In this document: positions 41,400-55,949 of the stretch, piece by piece
How positions within the stretch are numbered: the stretch's first letter is position 1
Layout: each line of letters opens with the position of its first letter
Assembly: GCA_964016885.1 (NCBI GenBank)
Contig: OZ024756.1
Location: 20,708,001 to 20,772,000, forward strand
Direction of reading: 5' to 3'
Length of the DNA: 64,000 nt
From: Eledone cirrhosa
Taxonomy: Eukaryota
Position numbers and translations under genes: made by a program
Notes under the pieces: generated by a model
Databases searched by the model: none
What the model was told of the DNA's origin: nothing
The model's input: the letters and a program-made list of their open reading frames with translations, nothing else

Positions 41400-41597
41400 T
41401 TATTGACACATAGTGCTGGGCCCATGGTACCATGTGATGACAAGTGCAGAGAGATCTCCAGATATAAAGCAATGCCTGTGCCGTGAAGCTTTTATAGTGA
41501 GCAAAGGCACTGCACAAAGCCAGTCCCACTCTCTTAACCAAGATGATATTTACCAAAAAGAAGAACAAGTCAACATCATTGGATACCATCAGGGTAT

Positions 41598-41600
<3 letters not shown>
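41400..41600 (+). mobile_element. Penelope-like endonuclease C-terminal fragment
   Basis: KQCLCREAFIV...SLNQD resembles the PLE EAxxI...LNxD motif. Confidence 0.45.
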
Positions 41601-41632
<32 letters not shown>

Positions 41633-42827
41633 CATACACACACACATATATATCATAAGTACATATACATATATACAAACATGCAAACAAGAATTATGAA
41701 ACGACACGATATCATAGTTACAACATATATATTGTGTTACATCGATGTAACGGTGGTAGTCACGACTTATAAGTTACAGGTTTATAGATGAGATCACTAT
41801 TACCAGTTCTATTGTCATGTAGAGAAGATTCTAGTGTATTTACACTGCAGTGATTTTCTTGTCTTCTCCACTGCTGTTGTTATCTACGAGGCCATTCACG
41901 CCGCCTCTTATCACAAAACTTATAATACGATTTATCTACCTTTCGACATGTAGGTCAGCAATTTGGAACGCTTATCACGATGTTGTGGCACCACTAAAGT
42001 ATCTATCTTCATGTAAAGTATTTACAATAGATAAGTCTTGCTGAGCACATCACCCCCGTCCTCTACCCACCACCGCACCGCGCTCACTCATCAAGCCATC
42101 ATCAGAGAAAGTAGTGACGCTAATTATGAGTATCAACAATGTTGTTGATACACAAGAGGAAATAGATTGATCATACTGGAGTTATGTCCCTTTCTTGTTG
42201 TATGTCTTGTAGATTTAAAATATATCTAGAAGGAGCTTTTGTCAAATAATTGTTTGCAAAATCAGAGTTAGTCGAGATCTTTTAACTCACTATGTTATGT
42301 ATGTGAAACTCTATCGTATTTATATTTAGCACGTAAGATAAACCCCTGAGATATTTTCCCTCGCTCATATAACTGGTATTCATTATCAGTGTTATTGCAT
42401 CCCCTCTATTTCTCTATTTGGTGATCATAAAGGAGGTTTCATAAAACAGAAACATGTCTGCTGTTTTTAGCAGTTAGTTTTAATGTCAAAATCCTCTATA
42501 ATCTTCATTGTTAAAACATTTCCTTTTCGTTTAATCACTGCGGAGGCAATTTTTGTCTAATAGTTGCTTTCTTAATCCTAGTTGATTGAATGTTTTTTGC
42601 TCACCACTTTACATAAAGGAAACCCTAACGTTTCAATATTTAAGTATTTTCAATATTTACATATTTTTCTAATTCATATTGTCGATATCTATATCGGAGT
42701 TGTTTTTGTTTAGCCCCAGGCCAACACTGCTTGTGTAAAGTTATGATCGAGGAATTTCTATCTGTAACCATCCCCTCCTTTTATTGATATTGAGACCACA
42801 TTATCCAATCTGTTCTTCCTCTTTTAA

Positions 42828-43011
42828 CCCTTTCGTGACCGCATTTCTAACGAAATACACGCCATTTCAATAAATTAATGACGTATTTTGAAGGATTTGC
42901 TAAAATTATCATATTATTACTAACACATGGTTCTTAGATAAAATCATGTTGGAGAATTTAAATAGGAACCCTTTAAAATTTGGGGCTTTAAGCGGGTTGA
43001 TATCAAAAGGG
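42828..43011. mobile_element. piggyBac-like MITE
   Basis: TTAA-CCCTTT ... AAAGGG-TTAA. Confidence 0.65.
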
Positions 43012-43265
43012 TTAATCTGGTGGGATTTTATTTGAAGGTTATGGGATAATTGGCTGTTCTATCAAGTGGAGCGACCACGTAGGGGCTCCCTCGTTGATTG
43101 GTTAAATTCAGTTCTCAATATTACTTGTAGAGGTAGAGTTGGGGTGCCGATATAATCGATTATCCCCTTCTCCTCTATAGAAATCAATACTGTTGATCAC
43201 CCATTGATGGATACATCTGAACATACTAACAGTTGACTCTATTTAGTACGTGATTAAATACTTGG

Positions 43266-43301
<36 letters not shown>

Positions 43302-43635
43302 GAGCCTGCCCATTCGACACGAGAGTGCAAGAGAAGGAGAGGGAGAAGATTAACCGATATCAGGACTTAAAGTGGGAGGTAAAAAGGATTTGGAACTGCC
43401 ATGAAGTCAAAGTGGTCCCGATTGTCATAGGCGCACTAGGTACTATCTCAAAAAGTTTCCAGAGATGGTTAAAGAAAATTGGCCCCGTCCCGCTTTTTGG
43501 AACACTTCAAAAGGCATGCTTGCTGGGAACAGCAAGAACCCTCCGATACGTCCTGAATATCTGAGGCTGCAGGTAGTGGCTTGATATTCATTTCAACAAA
43601 CTTTCCAGTTAACTAACATCAATGACTGAGACTCA

Positions 43636-43636
<1 letters not shown>
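43302..43636 (+). mobile_element. Dong/R4-clade LINE 3' end inserted in (TAA)n
   Basis: ACPFD..EKEREKINRYQDLKWE..VVPIVIGALG..LQKACLLGTARTLRYVL*; (ATA)n on both sides. Confidence 0.85.
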
Positions 43637-43678
<42 letters not shown>

Positions 43679-45259
43679 GCAACCACAACAACCACAACAA
43701 CAGCAACAACAATGATGATAATATTATCTTCAGATTTGAAGCTTCGTCCGTTAACAAAATATATTATCTAACATCTTAACTTGAAGGTCACCAGCTCCTT
43801 CAATGTTAAAAACATATTCCGATTTTGTTTTTGTACACGAAGAAAAAATAAAAAAAAAATATTTTTATTAAAAAAAAACATATCAAGCAGAAAATACATG
43901 ACTTGATTTAAAGCTGGGCCTTTGAAATTGAAACAATCCCATGGTGGAAGATTTTTTTGCGTCATTTCAGAACACAAAAAACCCCCACAACATTCTCTTT
44001 TTGTATAACGGTTTTTGGTTTCTGCGTGATCTTAATGACTAAAATGACTCAGTAACGATGCAGTTGTTTATATTTAGTATAAACTTGAATATATTGTAAA
44101 TACACAGTTTAAAGATGAGGTTAACAAACGGGATATAGTAATCTTAATAGGTTTATCTTATGCAAAATTTTCTTAAAACAGTAACTGTAGTTTAAAAGCA
44201 CTAAAATGTATTTAATCTTAAATTTGTTGTTATAGATCGGAGGCTGAACGTATGTAGGTTTGAAATGTACGAATATATGAGGAGGATTGGCAGAATTGGT
44301 TCAGCGTCATATCAAGAGCCATTGGGGTATTTGTTCTGGTTCTTTGAATTTCTAAGTTCAAATCCCACCGATGTCAACTTTTTATTGCATCCTTTTGTGG
44401 TCGATAAAATAAAGTACCAGCCAAGTACTGATTTAAGTATTGATTTAACCAACTTTTTCATTCCCCCAAACTTGCTGGCCTTGTGCCTAAATTAGAAATT
44501 AGTATTAAACATATGACTGGCGTAACTCATAAGACACAGTTGTCTTCTTGTTGCCAGTTAGGTCACTCGACTTTCTATAAATAGCAGCCAAATCCCTTTC
44601 AAATTACATCCCACCGCCTTGGATAATGTAGTCTCAGATACACTTGTTCTACAGCGTATTACCCAATCAAAGTATTTTCAAGATGGAAGTGAAGGTAAGA
44701 GAAGATAACTCGTATAAAAAAAAAATCAGTACGAAATAATATAGAAAGTTAAAGTGCTGTAATTTACAGAATACCATCTGTACAAAATAATAGTTGTTCC
44801 AATGATAGTTGTCTTCTCTTACTTCCACTACTCTTTTTAAAGCAACGAACAAAAAATCTATTCTACAATAGAATCGATACATAAAATCTGAAGCAAAGAT
44901 AATTTCATGGTTGACTGGGGTTAAGCAACAACAACGACACGTCCGAGTGTCGTTGCAAATGCCTTGTATTATTTACGTATTTCCTTTTTATCTCACGAGC
45001 TCAAATCCCACCGTGGTCGACTTTGCCTTTCAATCTTCTAGCAATGTCGACAAAATATGAACCAGTGGTATACCGAGGGCAGCTGAATTAGATATAACCT
45101 TTCTGATGACATAGTCGATGTCTTACGACTAAGTTAAAAACTGATATTACAGGAAACAACTAAAAAGCATTCTGATACAGCTTAATGCTTTTTTAAGGCA
45201 AAATATTATTTCTAGAGTCACAGTTGACCGCTTTTGACAGGATATGAACTGTTGATTCC

Positions 45260-45535
45260 TCGACCAATAGGCCAACAGATCTACCAATAGGCAAACAGAT
45301 CGACCAATAGGCCAACGCATCGACCAATAGGCCAACAGATCGACCAATAGGCCAACACATCGGCCAATAGGCCAACACATCGACCAATAGGCCAACACAT
45401 CGGCCAATAGGCCAACACATCGGCCAATAGGCCAAGACATCAGCCAATAAGCCAAGACATCAGCCAATAGGCCAAGACATCGGCCTATAGGCAAAATATC
45501 AGCCAATAGGCCAACACATCGGCCTATAGGCTAAT
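45260..45535. repeat. 20-bp minisatellite (CGRCCAATAGGCCAACACAT)
   Basis: About 13 copies. Confidence 0.92.
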
Positions 45536-45793
45536 ATCTTAAGAATGTGTGTACTTCCATTGGTTCCGACCACGATTGTTCCAGTTGGTTCGATCAACAG
45601 AACAGCTTGCTCGTGAAATAAACGTACCTTCACACCTTAACAATGTTGCCAGCTGATATTCTCATCATTTTACAACAGCTCTTATAATGACCATCGTTAT
45701 TCGAGGAACTATCACCATTAGTTTCTTTTACACAGAAAACGAATGTTAGGGGAAAACGAGGAATATAAAACTTGCAAGGGTGATGAAAGACTG

Positions 45794-45908
45794 AGTCGGT
45801 TCAGCTACGGACTCAGTTCAACTATGAACTCGGTTCAACTATGAACTCGGTTCAGCTACTGACTCGGTTCAGCTACGAAATCGGTTCAGCTACAGACTCG
45901 GTTCATCT
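45794..45908. repeat. ~19-bp minisatellite (ACTCGGTTCAGCTAYG)
   Basis: About 6 copies. Confidence 0.85.
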
Positions 45909-46399
45909 ATCTTCCTGTATTTAATCCCTGTATTATATCCTAGTCAAATAATGAGTCAATTTAATCAACTGCGCCTCTCTGTCTCAAGAATCTCTGGATT
46001 TATACCAATGTTAGACGCTAGAGTATCCTTATTAACATTTATATAATTAAGAAGTTTGATCAGACTCGTAATTGGAATAATTAGACAAATTTAAGATCAA
46101 CATGGAATAGCTAAAATGCTCTTTTCTGAGCAGCTGACAAATATAGCTTGATGCAATATTCTGATACATTAAATTAGAAAAAAAATGGAAAAAGTTAGAA
46201 GAAAAATAGGAAAATCATATAAAAATGGTGCCAAGAAAGCAAATTCTGTTTGGTGAACTATAGCAGTGAGTGAAAGCTCATTGATCTACAGACGTATACA
46301 ACAGATACACACACAACCACTCGTAACGATAAGCGCTATCATTGCGCCCGTTACTGTTTCCCACCTTTCTGTTTCAACCTCCAGGTGAAACTAAGGGGT

Positions 46400-46695
46400 C
46401 AGTTTTCTCATCCAAATCACATTCTACACTTTCACCTGGTTTTTCATACAGTGTGCTGGAGAGGGAGCTCTTCTCTTTCCACCTTCACCTTCCGCTCCAA
46501 GTCGTACTTGAAGAAGTCAATGAGGGTTTGGTTGGAGAGAAACTTCCCTGTCTTCAGCACTTTCAATCAAGCTCGTCCACCATACTGCATCTTCCGCGAT
46601 AGCCACCACGCAGAGGAAAATTACCTGCCTTTCCTTACCTAGGAAGGCGGCGGGACGATCTTCAGAATAGTCTGGCACGACAGCCGGATTCATCC
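46400..46695 (-). mobile_element. L1/Tx1-like LINE C-terminal fragment
   Basis: IFLCVVAIAEDAVWWT-(frameshift)-LKVLKTGKFLSNQTLIDFFKYDLERKVKVERE resembles Tx1 ORF2 C-termini. Confidence 0.55.
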
Positions 46696-47369
46696 TACAC
46701 ACGATAATGATAATAATAAAAAAAAACAATAATAATAATAACAATGTATATATAATTTATAAACAATGGCGTAACTTTTGAGCCAGTCTATATATTAAGA
46801 AAATCAAACACTATATATCAGATTAAAAATAAACAAAAAATAAAAATAAAATAAATAAAAACAATATTCATTCTACAAAATGCCACCCCACCCCCACAAA
46901 AAGTGTGTCATAATTAAAAATAGTTTGTCTCATCCAAGCATAATTGATATACATAATCAAATAGAAGATGTTCGCCATTTTCTAGTTGATATATATTTTG
47001 TTTAAAAGCATTTAAAAGGTAAGAATTGATAGAGAGGAGGGGGGAAAGGAGGGCAGGTAGGAAGGAAGGAAGAAGGAAGGAAGGATGGAAGGAAGAAATT
47101 ATGATTCGAAGCATTCATGCCTTTCTATCTCAGTAGAAACGTAGCAACGCAATTGCAATTGGATTGGAAAGTGAGCTCAGCGAATATATCAGCAAAGCAG
47201 TGCATTGCTGATGTTGTTTAGCTCCATGTCAATTTGGAACGAACAGATCTATGACCAAAGACGTTCCAGATGTGATCATTCCATTTTGTTCCTTCTTTTT
47301 TATAGATATAATGTATCCCAGACGGCATTATCCATTGTGTCCCAGCCCCTATTTTTAGAGAAGCACAAC

Positions 47370-47517
47370 TGTGTAGTTAAAGGGTTTGCTTCGCAAACAC
47401 GTGGTATCAGATGCTGTCAAACCATGTGACACCTTGGACAAGTGCCATCTAACATAACCTATGACTGACCAATGACTTTGGGTGAAATTTGGTAGACGGA
47501 AACTGTGTAGAAGACCG

Positions 47518-47520
<3 letters not shown>
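47370..47520 (+). mobile_element. SINE, CORE-type, tail GGTAGACGGAAACTG...CCGTC(AT)n
   Basis: Degenerate head, caccttggacaagtg core, (AT)n tail. Confidence 0.55.
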
Positions 47521-47582
<62 letters not shown>

Positions 47583-48257
47583 AGAAGGTTCTTTGTCACT
47601 AATATACAGAGCATCTCAATAAAAAGTGTTATGAAGGTGTGACACACCTGTTTTGTATATCTGTACGAAACGAGGGTAAAACTCAAGGTATTCACCAGGT
47701 GTAATTCAGAACTACCAACGAGATATTACAACGAGACTGCGTACGTACACACAGCTCCCATGACAGTTCACTTCAGTTCTTATTTATAAAGTTTCGCCAA
47801 GTCCACTTTTAGTTAGGCGGGGGTATTCAGGGTTTTTTCTTCACAACAAAAAGATAGCTAAAATATATCTAAATCAGTGATGCCAGTGAAGTTTTCTTGT
47901 ATTAGTTGGCTTTGCTAGTAATCTACTCGTGTCTGTGTCTGTGTTTGTTTATGTCCAGCAAATTATCGGTTTGACAAAAAGCGATCAATGAAACAAGTTC
48001 GATAAACAAGATCGATAAATCAAGACTGATATGATCGACTAAATCTCTTCAAGGCGAATAAAAGAATAAATACGGTATACTATGAGGAAGATTTGCCTGT
48101 TATTTCTATCAGGACGCTTGTAAATCAGTGGTGCCTCTATAATTCTATTGGGATAAAGAGGTACTACCGAAGACTTGGTTCTTAGTGCGGCCATTATTGT
48201 AGGGTTTGAATTTGACACTGCAAGCTACTGCAAAACCATGCAGTGTACTTATTACTT

Positions 48258-48300
48258 GTAGTAGTAGCAGTGCCAGTAGTAGTAGAACTAGTAGTAGTAA

Positions 48301-48338
<38 letters not shown>

Positions 48339-48612
48339 CTAGTAGTAGTAGTAGCAGCAGCAGAAGCAGCAGCAGCAGAACCAACTGCAACAGTAATAAT
48401 AATAGAAGTAGTAGTTGCAGCAATAGTAATAGTAGTAGTAGTAGTAGTAGTAGCAGCAGCAGCTGCAGAAGCAGCAGTAGTAGTAGTAGCAGCAGTAGTA
48501 ATAATAGCAGCAGTAGTAGTAGTTGTAGTAGTAGTAGCAGCAGCAGCAGTAGTAGCAGCAACAGTTGCAGCAGCAACAACCGCAGTACTACTAGTAGTAG
48601 CAGCAGTAGTAG
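48258..48612. repeat. (AGT)/(AGC) trinucleotide repeat
   Basis: Direct reading. Confidence 0.92.
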
Positions 48613-48783
48613 AACGGCAATAGAGCGGTAAAAATATAAGCATGACATGATATATTCCATGCATAAGATTTAAGTAAATTCTGAGACGAGACAAATGAGT
48701 TTTTTTTACCACGATCGTCGTTAACGGAACATTAGCCAGCGCCATTTTAAAACACTTCACATCGTTGACATATCCATTGATAT

Positions 48784-49296
48784 ACAGTGTATCACCGGCA
48801 TTCGCGGTCCCGGTTATTCGCGGTCCCGGTTATTCCTTAGAACCTAACTAATAATTGTTCGTGGAAACCACCGCATATCCACGGAATCATAAATATCTTC
48901 CGCGACTTTTTAATGGCGTTTTTCGTGGCAATCACGCTTTTTAACGCTAAATTATTAATAAAAATATACCGTATTTGCCGGCCTATATTTTACGTTATGT
49001 TAGGGTTTGGCACTATCGGGAGAGCGTCAGACACCATGCTTTGCAGCATAGAGTTATGGCCCTTTGCGTTCTGAGTTCAAATCCGCCGAGGTTAACTTTG
49101 CCTTTCATCCTTACGGAGTCGATAACATAAAGTACCAGTAATGCGCTGGGGTAATCGCTGGCCTTGTGCCAAAAGTAGAAACTTTATGTTTTGACGTTTA
49201 TAGACATTTTTATGAACCACGTCCAATACTCGCGGTTTTTCACTCTTCGTGGATGCTCTAGGAACGTAATCCTCGCGAATACCGGGGAACAACTGA
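48784..49296. mobile_element. pogo/Tigger-like MITE with nested SINE family A (~49000-49182, +)
   Basis: TIRs CAGTGTATCACCGGCATTCGCG / CGCGAATACCGGGGAACAACTG; colinear with the 29958 copy except for the SINE. Confidence 0.8.
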
Positions 49297-49468
49297 ACAG
49301 TATTCTAAATTTCACTTTGTTTTAGTCAGTAGCAGGGCGGGGATGCAGTGCTCTCCCCACAATCTTTGACAACACTTCGAGAGTGAGATCAATACGCTTT
49401 ATGTTCAGAATGTTGTTAGGATATCATCGGCGTCCGAGCACCTCATTTTTATTGTCCACATATAGACT

Positions 49469-49722
49469 GAAGGCATGTGGCTTAGTGGTAAAGGTGTTGG
49501 ACTTACGATCGTAATGTCATGGGTTCGATTCTTAGGCTGGGTTGCGTGTTGTGTTCTTGAGCAAAACACTTCATTTCACATTGCTCCAGTATACTTAGCT
49601 GAAAATGAGTACCAGCAGTAGATGGGGATTTAACTCTGTGATTGACTGGCGTCTTGTCCAGGGGGGAGTCTTGTACTCTCAGTCGCTTCACGCCATGAAA
49701 CTAGGATAAGTACCGGCTCAAC
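49469..49722 (+). mobile_element. tRNA/CORE-type SINE, family B (another copy at 61733-61990)
   Basis: GTGGCTTAGTGG A box, GGTTCGATTC B box, CTTGAGCAAAACACTTCATTTCAC core. Confidence 0.8.
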
Positions 49723-51069
49723 GGATTGCATGCAGAACACGACGGCATGCATGCATACATATAGACTACTCATAAACTCATTATAACTGAGGGCTCACCT
49801 GATCTTCGTAGAAGGTGATTAGTTCTTAACACTGAAGTATTTTCTGGCTCTAAGGGGTAAAAACGCCAGTCAAATCCACGTCAGTGACACATATCCTTTG
49901 GAATAACCGATGATTGACACGTGACAGATGAGATGAAAAAACTTGTCTCCTTTAATTATGAATGCCAAAAAATCATCCTACTGCTGTGGTTTCAAATTTC
50001 GGTTTTCTTTCATATTGATTCTGCCAGCCAAACAACAACTCTTCTCCGATTGCTCTTTGAATTCCTACACACAGTTCCTCTCTTGATAATGGGTTTATAA
50101 ACTCGAAAGTATTTGAAATAATTAAATTTGCTAAGGTAAAATTCCATCGTCCTCTCTCTTTCCTCTATAACTCCTATTATCTTGGCAATTTTAATCGTGT
50201 ACGCATTGCAGGGCTTTCAAATATTTAATCTTATATCAATTTGTATTTCCTATTCCATAATTCTTCGAGTAAACTACAATACTGATTTCTGTTATTAACT
50301 TTATATCTTTACGTTCTTTTTAGAATTTGATAACGCCATCTTCCGACACAAAATTCTCCCCAGATAACTGTGAACAGGACTTGTATACGGAGTATATCAC
50401 CTAGGCTCATCATCACTCGGGTCATGTGTGTAATAATTTATAGCAAATCAAACTTTAAAACTTTCACATTTCGCTATTTTATAACCTTCGATCTTTGTTA
50501 TTTCAATAAAGTTATTTCAATAATATTTTCGTTTCCATTTTCTTGGAAATGTATAAAACAAAATGGTGTGTAGGTAACTACTTGTAAACCATTTGTTGAG
50601 GGAGATTTGGCTTCTCTAAGGAATCTCATGCAGGCTCTGTCACCGTCATCGCTGTTGTTGTTGCTTAACCTAATGATCAAAGGTATTTCAGCTGTGATTA
50701 TCTCGCTTTATTATGTGCCAGGAAGCCACGTCGTTCAACGTGTGTTTTTCTCAGTGGAGCGTGAGGGACATTTGACTACTGTTTATTGCAGGTTGAGTGA
50801 CTACATAAACGCTTCCTTATTGGCTCAGACAGACTCAGTGGTTGTATGTGGTTGACAAGCTGAAGCGAAAGCGTAAAAAAAAAGAAAAAGAAAAAAAGAA
50901 AAAGAAAAAGAAAAAGAAAAAGAAAAAGAAAAAGAAAAAGAAAAAGGAAAGATAAAAAGGGATTGTTTTGGTGTAAAGCGAAACATTCCAAAAGCGAAAC
51001 TTATATGTGGTGCGTAATAAATCATAGGCCAACCCCTTCTTCCAGACAAATCAAATCCAATGAAAAATA

Positions 51070-51190
51070 TTATATCTACATATATATATGCGTATATACA
51101 TATATATATATATACATATGTATATATACATTTATATATACGGGTATATATATATATATGCGCATATGTATATGTATATACATATACATA

Positions 51191-51274
<84 letters not shown>

Positions 51275-51346
51275 CATATATATATGTATATACATATATA
51301 TATATATGTATATACATATATATATGTATATATATATATATATATG

Positions 51347-51382
<36 letters not shown>

Positions 51383-51519
51383 GGTAGGTATATATATATA
51401 TACATACATACGCAAAAACATATATATATATACGCATATATATATTATATATATATATATATATACGCAAATACATATATATATACGCAAATACATATAT
51501 ATATGTATATATGTGTATA

Positions 51520-51608
<89 letters not shown>
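51070..51608. repeat. (TA)n-rich microsatellite
   Basis: Direct reading. Confidence 0.95.
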
Positions 51609-51690
51609 TCACATTAGGAACATAGGAAAAACTTTAAAGGAGAGAAGTAATAATGGAAAAAAGGATAGATAGAAGAAAGAAGATACTTAC

Positions 51691-52230
51691 TTGATGCGAG
51701 AGTAAATGCTAATAACAGGGCCACAAACACTTTATTCTTGAGTAGAGCAAAGTTAAAGACAAGGCGCAATATGTTACGTCGACAACACTTGTTTCCTTCG
51801 CTAAACGTGGACATGTTATCATCCAACTTAAGTTTCTGACTGCACACCTTTTCACTTATGTCCGAATACCGCCTGTGGTCCATGGTATCCTGTCTCAAAG
51901 TGGAGATGCTACCGCTGTAATAAATATCTTGTTTAATCAGCGGATTGAAATGTGAAGTTGAAATCCGCCGACGTGTACCCGTATGTTTAGGTTCCATCGA
52001 TATATTGATATCGCGTAAGCTCCTCATTTTAGAATTGTTAACGTCCATTGCACTCAAACTGGGTGTCAACCAGCCAGAAATCCCGTGACTCAGCTGATGG
52101 CAGCTATGTGTATAATTCGATTTTATGTTGTTCACTGGCAAGTTAACAATTTTTATTTTCAAATCAAATAAATTTTTTTTGGTTTCTTCTTCATTGTCAC
52201 TAATTACAGAATCAGAATCCTCGTTGTTGT
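51691..52230 (-). CDS. SLC16A: SLC16/MCT coding exon 4 (540 nt, large cytoplasmic loop and start of TM7)
   Basis: ttctgcag|AC AAC AAC GAG...TCA A|gtaagt; open frame containing KQDIYYSGS and FNFALLKNKVF, typical of invertebrate MCT loops. Confidence 0.88.
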
Positions 52231-52419
52231 CTGCAGAAAGAAAAAAAAAAGCAATTATTTAGTTCATCTATATATGAGTCGATCGACTTTCGTCAAATCA
52301 GACCTAGGAAACAATGTTTCCATTGGTCTTTCTAGTTGCTAATACTATTTATCGATCAGAACTACAGGTAGAAGGTGCAACGTGTAATAAAGTGCCTTGC
52401 CCAAGGACATAACGCATCG

Positions 52420-52488
<69 letters not shown>

Positions 52489-52656
52489 TATTAATAATGA
52501 GTTCAAATCTCAGGTAGTCCTTTACAATGAAATAGCTCAAAGAAAGAAGTATTTCTGAGCCGTGTAATACAAGTTAATATAAATTTGGTATTTGTGTTTA
52601 CAAGTTAATATAAATTTGGTATTTGTGTTTATCAAATATATTAATTTATATTAACT

Positions 52657-52720
<64 letters not shown>

Positions 52721-53119
52721 GAGAAGAAAGAAGAATACTGTGTGGTTTGCACATGGGTTACATATGATAAAAATAGTCCTTCGTCAGTGATTTTCCAACC
52801 ATCATTGGTATTTCATCGCATTAAAAATCATATATATATAAACGAAAACGTATGTCTGTCTGTATGCAGGTGATGCATTTCTACAGTTTCCATCCAAATT
52901 TGTTCAAATTAGGTTATTTAGCTCCCGGAGCATGTCCACATATAGTTTAAATCTTGCTCTTTTCTAAAATAGCAAACTTCTGGATCTATTCAAGATGGCG
53001 CTGTATTTATTTACAGTGGTGAAAGGTGTACCCGGCAACAACGGGCTCTTTTACTTGTAAGTGAATAAATGAATAGATAAATAGACAGTTTATTGCAGGA
53101 GCTGGTGCTGTAATGTGCC

Positions 53120-53560
53120 AGCTTCAGCATTCGGGAATCAGAAGAAGGGAGGTAGGTGTAAAAGCCAAGCTCGCTATCTTCAATTCGGTATTCGTCCCAA
53201 TGGTCATGAATCTTGGCTAATGACCGAAAGAATACGATCGCGAATACAAACGGTTGAAATGGCTGGGGTTCCCCCGAAGGGTCTTTGGAGTAACGTTTCT
53301 TGATAGAGTGCGTAGCTCGGAGATCAGAGAGTCACTCCAGGTAGATACACTACTTCTTCGAATTGAGAGATCTCAGCTCCGATACTATGGACATGTGGTC
53401 AGAATGTCTCATGAAGGAATCGCTGGACAGATTTTACGAGCAAAACCAACCAGCAGAAGACCCGTGGGTAAGATCCTGAGCCTGATGTTTGAATAACATC
53501 CATGAGCCCGGCTGGTCTCACTCGGGGATCCAGCCGGATCTGTTGGAGACGGCTGCTTCG
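53120..53560 (+). mobile_element. RTE 3' fragment
   Basis: GHESW..RIQTVEM, DRVRSSEIRE..QLRYYGHVVRM. Confidence 0.8.
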
Positions 53561-53594
53561 TACATATAATATACATAACACACACACACACACG

Positions 53595-53645
<51 letters not shown>

Positions 53646-53768
53646 AGTAACATAAATATGACAACATCACAGTTAGAGGATCAACATTTATTATGCAATT
53701 GACACGTGTTTCGCTAACTTACAAATGAACAAGATCCAGAAAAAGCTAACAAAATCTAACCACTACTG

Positions 53769-53840
<72 letters not shown>

Positions 53841-53900
53841 CTCTCTCGCTGTCTCTCTCTCTACATATATAAATGAATAAGATAAGCATTTAATATTTAC

Positions 53901-54191
53901 CATCTCCATTGGTGTATTCAGTCCGGAGAGATGACAGATCAGATCTGGAGGACCAGCAAAGAGGTCTAAAAACAGATCCAAACACAAGACAATTCAGCAC
54001 ACAGCCACCAAGGATAAGTACTGTTCCTTTCCAACCATACATAGACAATAGCCATTCAGATAAGTATGGATAGACGAAGGTGCCTAAACCAGCACCGCTT
54101 GACGCCAAACCTGTCGCCAATGCTCGTTTCTTCTCGAAGTAAAGACTTAAACATATATTCGATGTAATGAATACCATTCCGAAACCAATTC
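53901..54191 (-). CDS. SLC16A: SLC16/MCT coding exon 3 (291 nt)
   Basis: cttgtag|GA ATT GGT...GAT G|gtaaat; contains the MCT motif YFEKKRALATGLASSGAGLG and YGWKG...FRPL. Confidence 0.93.
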
Positions 54192-54474
54192 CTACAAGAT
54201 AAAAAAAACAAACAAAGATGAAAACAACATGAATTTTTATGAAGTGTCCCGAGTCAGTCATAGGGGTGCCGTTCATACGACTTTTTCTGGGCAAAGAGAG
54301 AGAGAGATGAAGTGTGTGTATATATATATATATATATATACATATACTGGGGCTGCAAAAGTAGGTAAACAGTAAGCATTATACCAGTATTACCAGTATT
54401 ATAATAGTGGTGCGAGGATTTGGTGCACATATTTTGTTTTTCATTACTATATACCTACTTTTCCAACCCCCTGT

Positions 54475-54506
<32 letters not shown>

Positions 54507-54634
54507 GCACGCATGTGTCCTTACAAGCTTCCTTTTTGTATTTCGTTGTCTGTATTTGGAACTGAGTTTGTATATTTTACGAGCGAGTTCGCAGCGAAAT
54601 TAAATGATATTTTATGAACAGAGTATTAAATAAT

Positions 54635-54852
54635 CATTTCTACTATAGACACAAATCCAGCAATTTTTGGGGAAGGGGAAAGTCGATTAAATCGACCCCA
54701 GTGCATTACTGGTGCTTTATTTTATCGAGCCCGTAAGGATGAAAGTCAAAGCTAACCTTGGCGGGATTTGAACTCAGACCGTAAAGGACCGTAACTCTAT
54801 ACTACAAAGCATGGTGTCCGACACTCTACCGATACTGCTAACCCACCGCCCT
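54635..54852 (-). mobile_element. tRNA-derived SINE, family A
   Basis: Same domains as the 15481 copy. Confidence 0.85.
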
Positions 54853-55369
54853 AACACACTTTTAAATTATAACACTAATAAAACTTGTAATTTCTTTCTT
54901 GCTGACTAACAGACGAACAAATTGTTTTTATTTTTATTTTTAAACGACAGTATTTTTACCACTTTTGCGGTGGTTTTGTGTTTCAGATTGCTAAATCAGG
55001 TCATAAATTAGCGCTGTTTCGACATATTTTCGCACTGTCCCACGAGAGAATTCCTTTTTAAGGCCCAATAAAATTCGGTGAAACGTTTGTTTATTTTAGA
55101 TGCTAAACAACATGGGATTTTTAATATCATCTTATTTTTGTTTTAGAAATGTCTAATGGTTCTTTTTTTTTTATTACCAATAATATCATTATTTACAGAT
55201 TTGACTGAACGCCAAACTAAGTAAAATTTAACAAAACAAAAAATATCAAATTAAAATTATTATGAATATTCGTATATTTTGTTATCTCCAACACACACAC
55301 ACACATGTATGCACATATGTTTATATATATGTTTGTATGCATGTATGTATGCATATATGTGAATGTAGG

Positions 55370-55406
<37 letters not shown>

Positions 55407-55485
55407 ATACACATATACATACACGCACACACACACACACATACATATATATATACATATATGTTTGTGTGTATATATATATATA

Positions 55486-55538
<53 letters not shown>

Positions 55539-55949
55539 TTGTGTGTGTACGTGTGCTTGTGTGTATATATATACACACACACACACACTCACACACACAC
55601 ATATATATATATATATGTATATATACTCACACACAAGAGACAGCGGTAACAAGACATTGACCTTAATTATAACGCTGAATAAATATATTTCCTGGGAGAG
55701 CGAATGCAACGAGAATTACACAACTCTATACTATGCTATCGCACAAAACACAGAACTTTCCAATAAAGCAAACCAGATTTTATCATTAATCAAAATATAG
55801 AAAGTCGCAACCGTGTTTCTAAGTCAACATTCTCACACAAGAATTTTAGTACTTTATAAATAACTAGAAACTGATGTCTGAGTTACATCATAATATATAT
55901 ATATATATATATATGAAAAGTGTAATTTTCTACACAAAACGAAGGTTAT

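Noticed and set aside
46640-46694. Extra MCT cassette exon (gtag|GATG...CTAG|gtaagg)
   Set aside because: Lies in a Tx1-like fragment and the MCT reading frame and TM7 are complete without it; cryptic exonisation is not excluded.
48145-48760. Poly-L/T/S/V ORFs (also 58218-58445)
   Set aside because: Trinucleotide repeats within MCT introns.
49469-49545. tRNA gene
   Set aside because: A and B boxes run straight into a SINE core; no complete cloverleaf.
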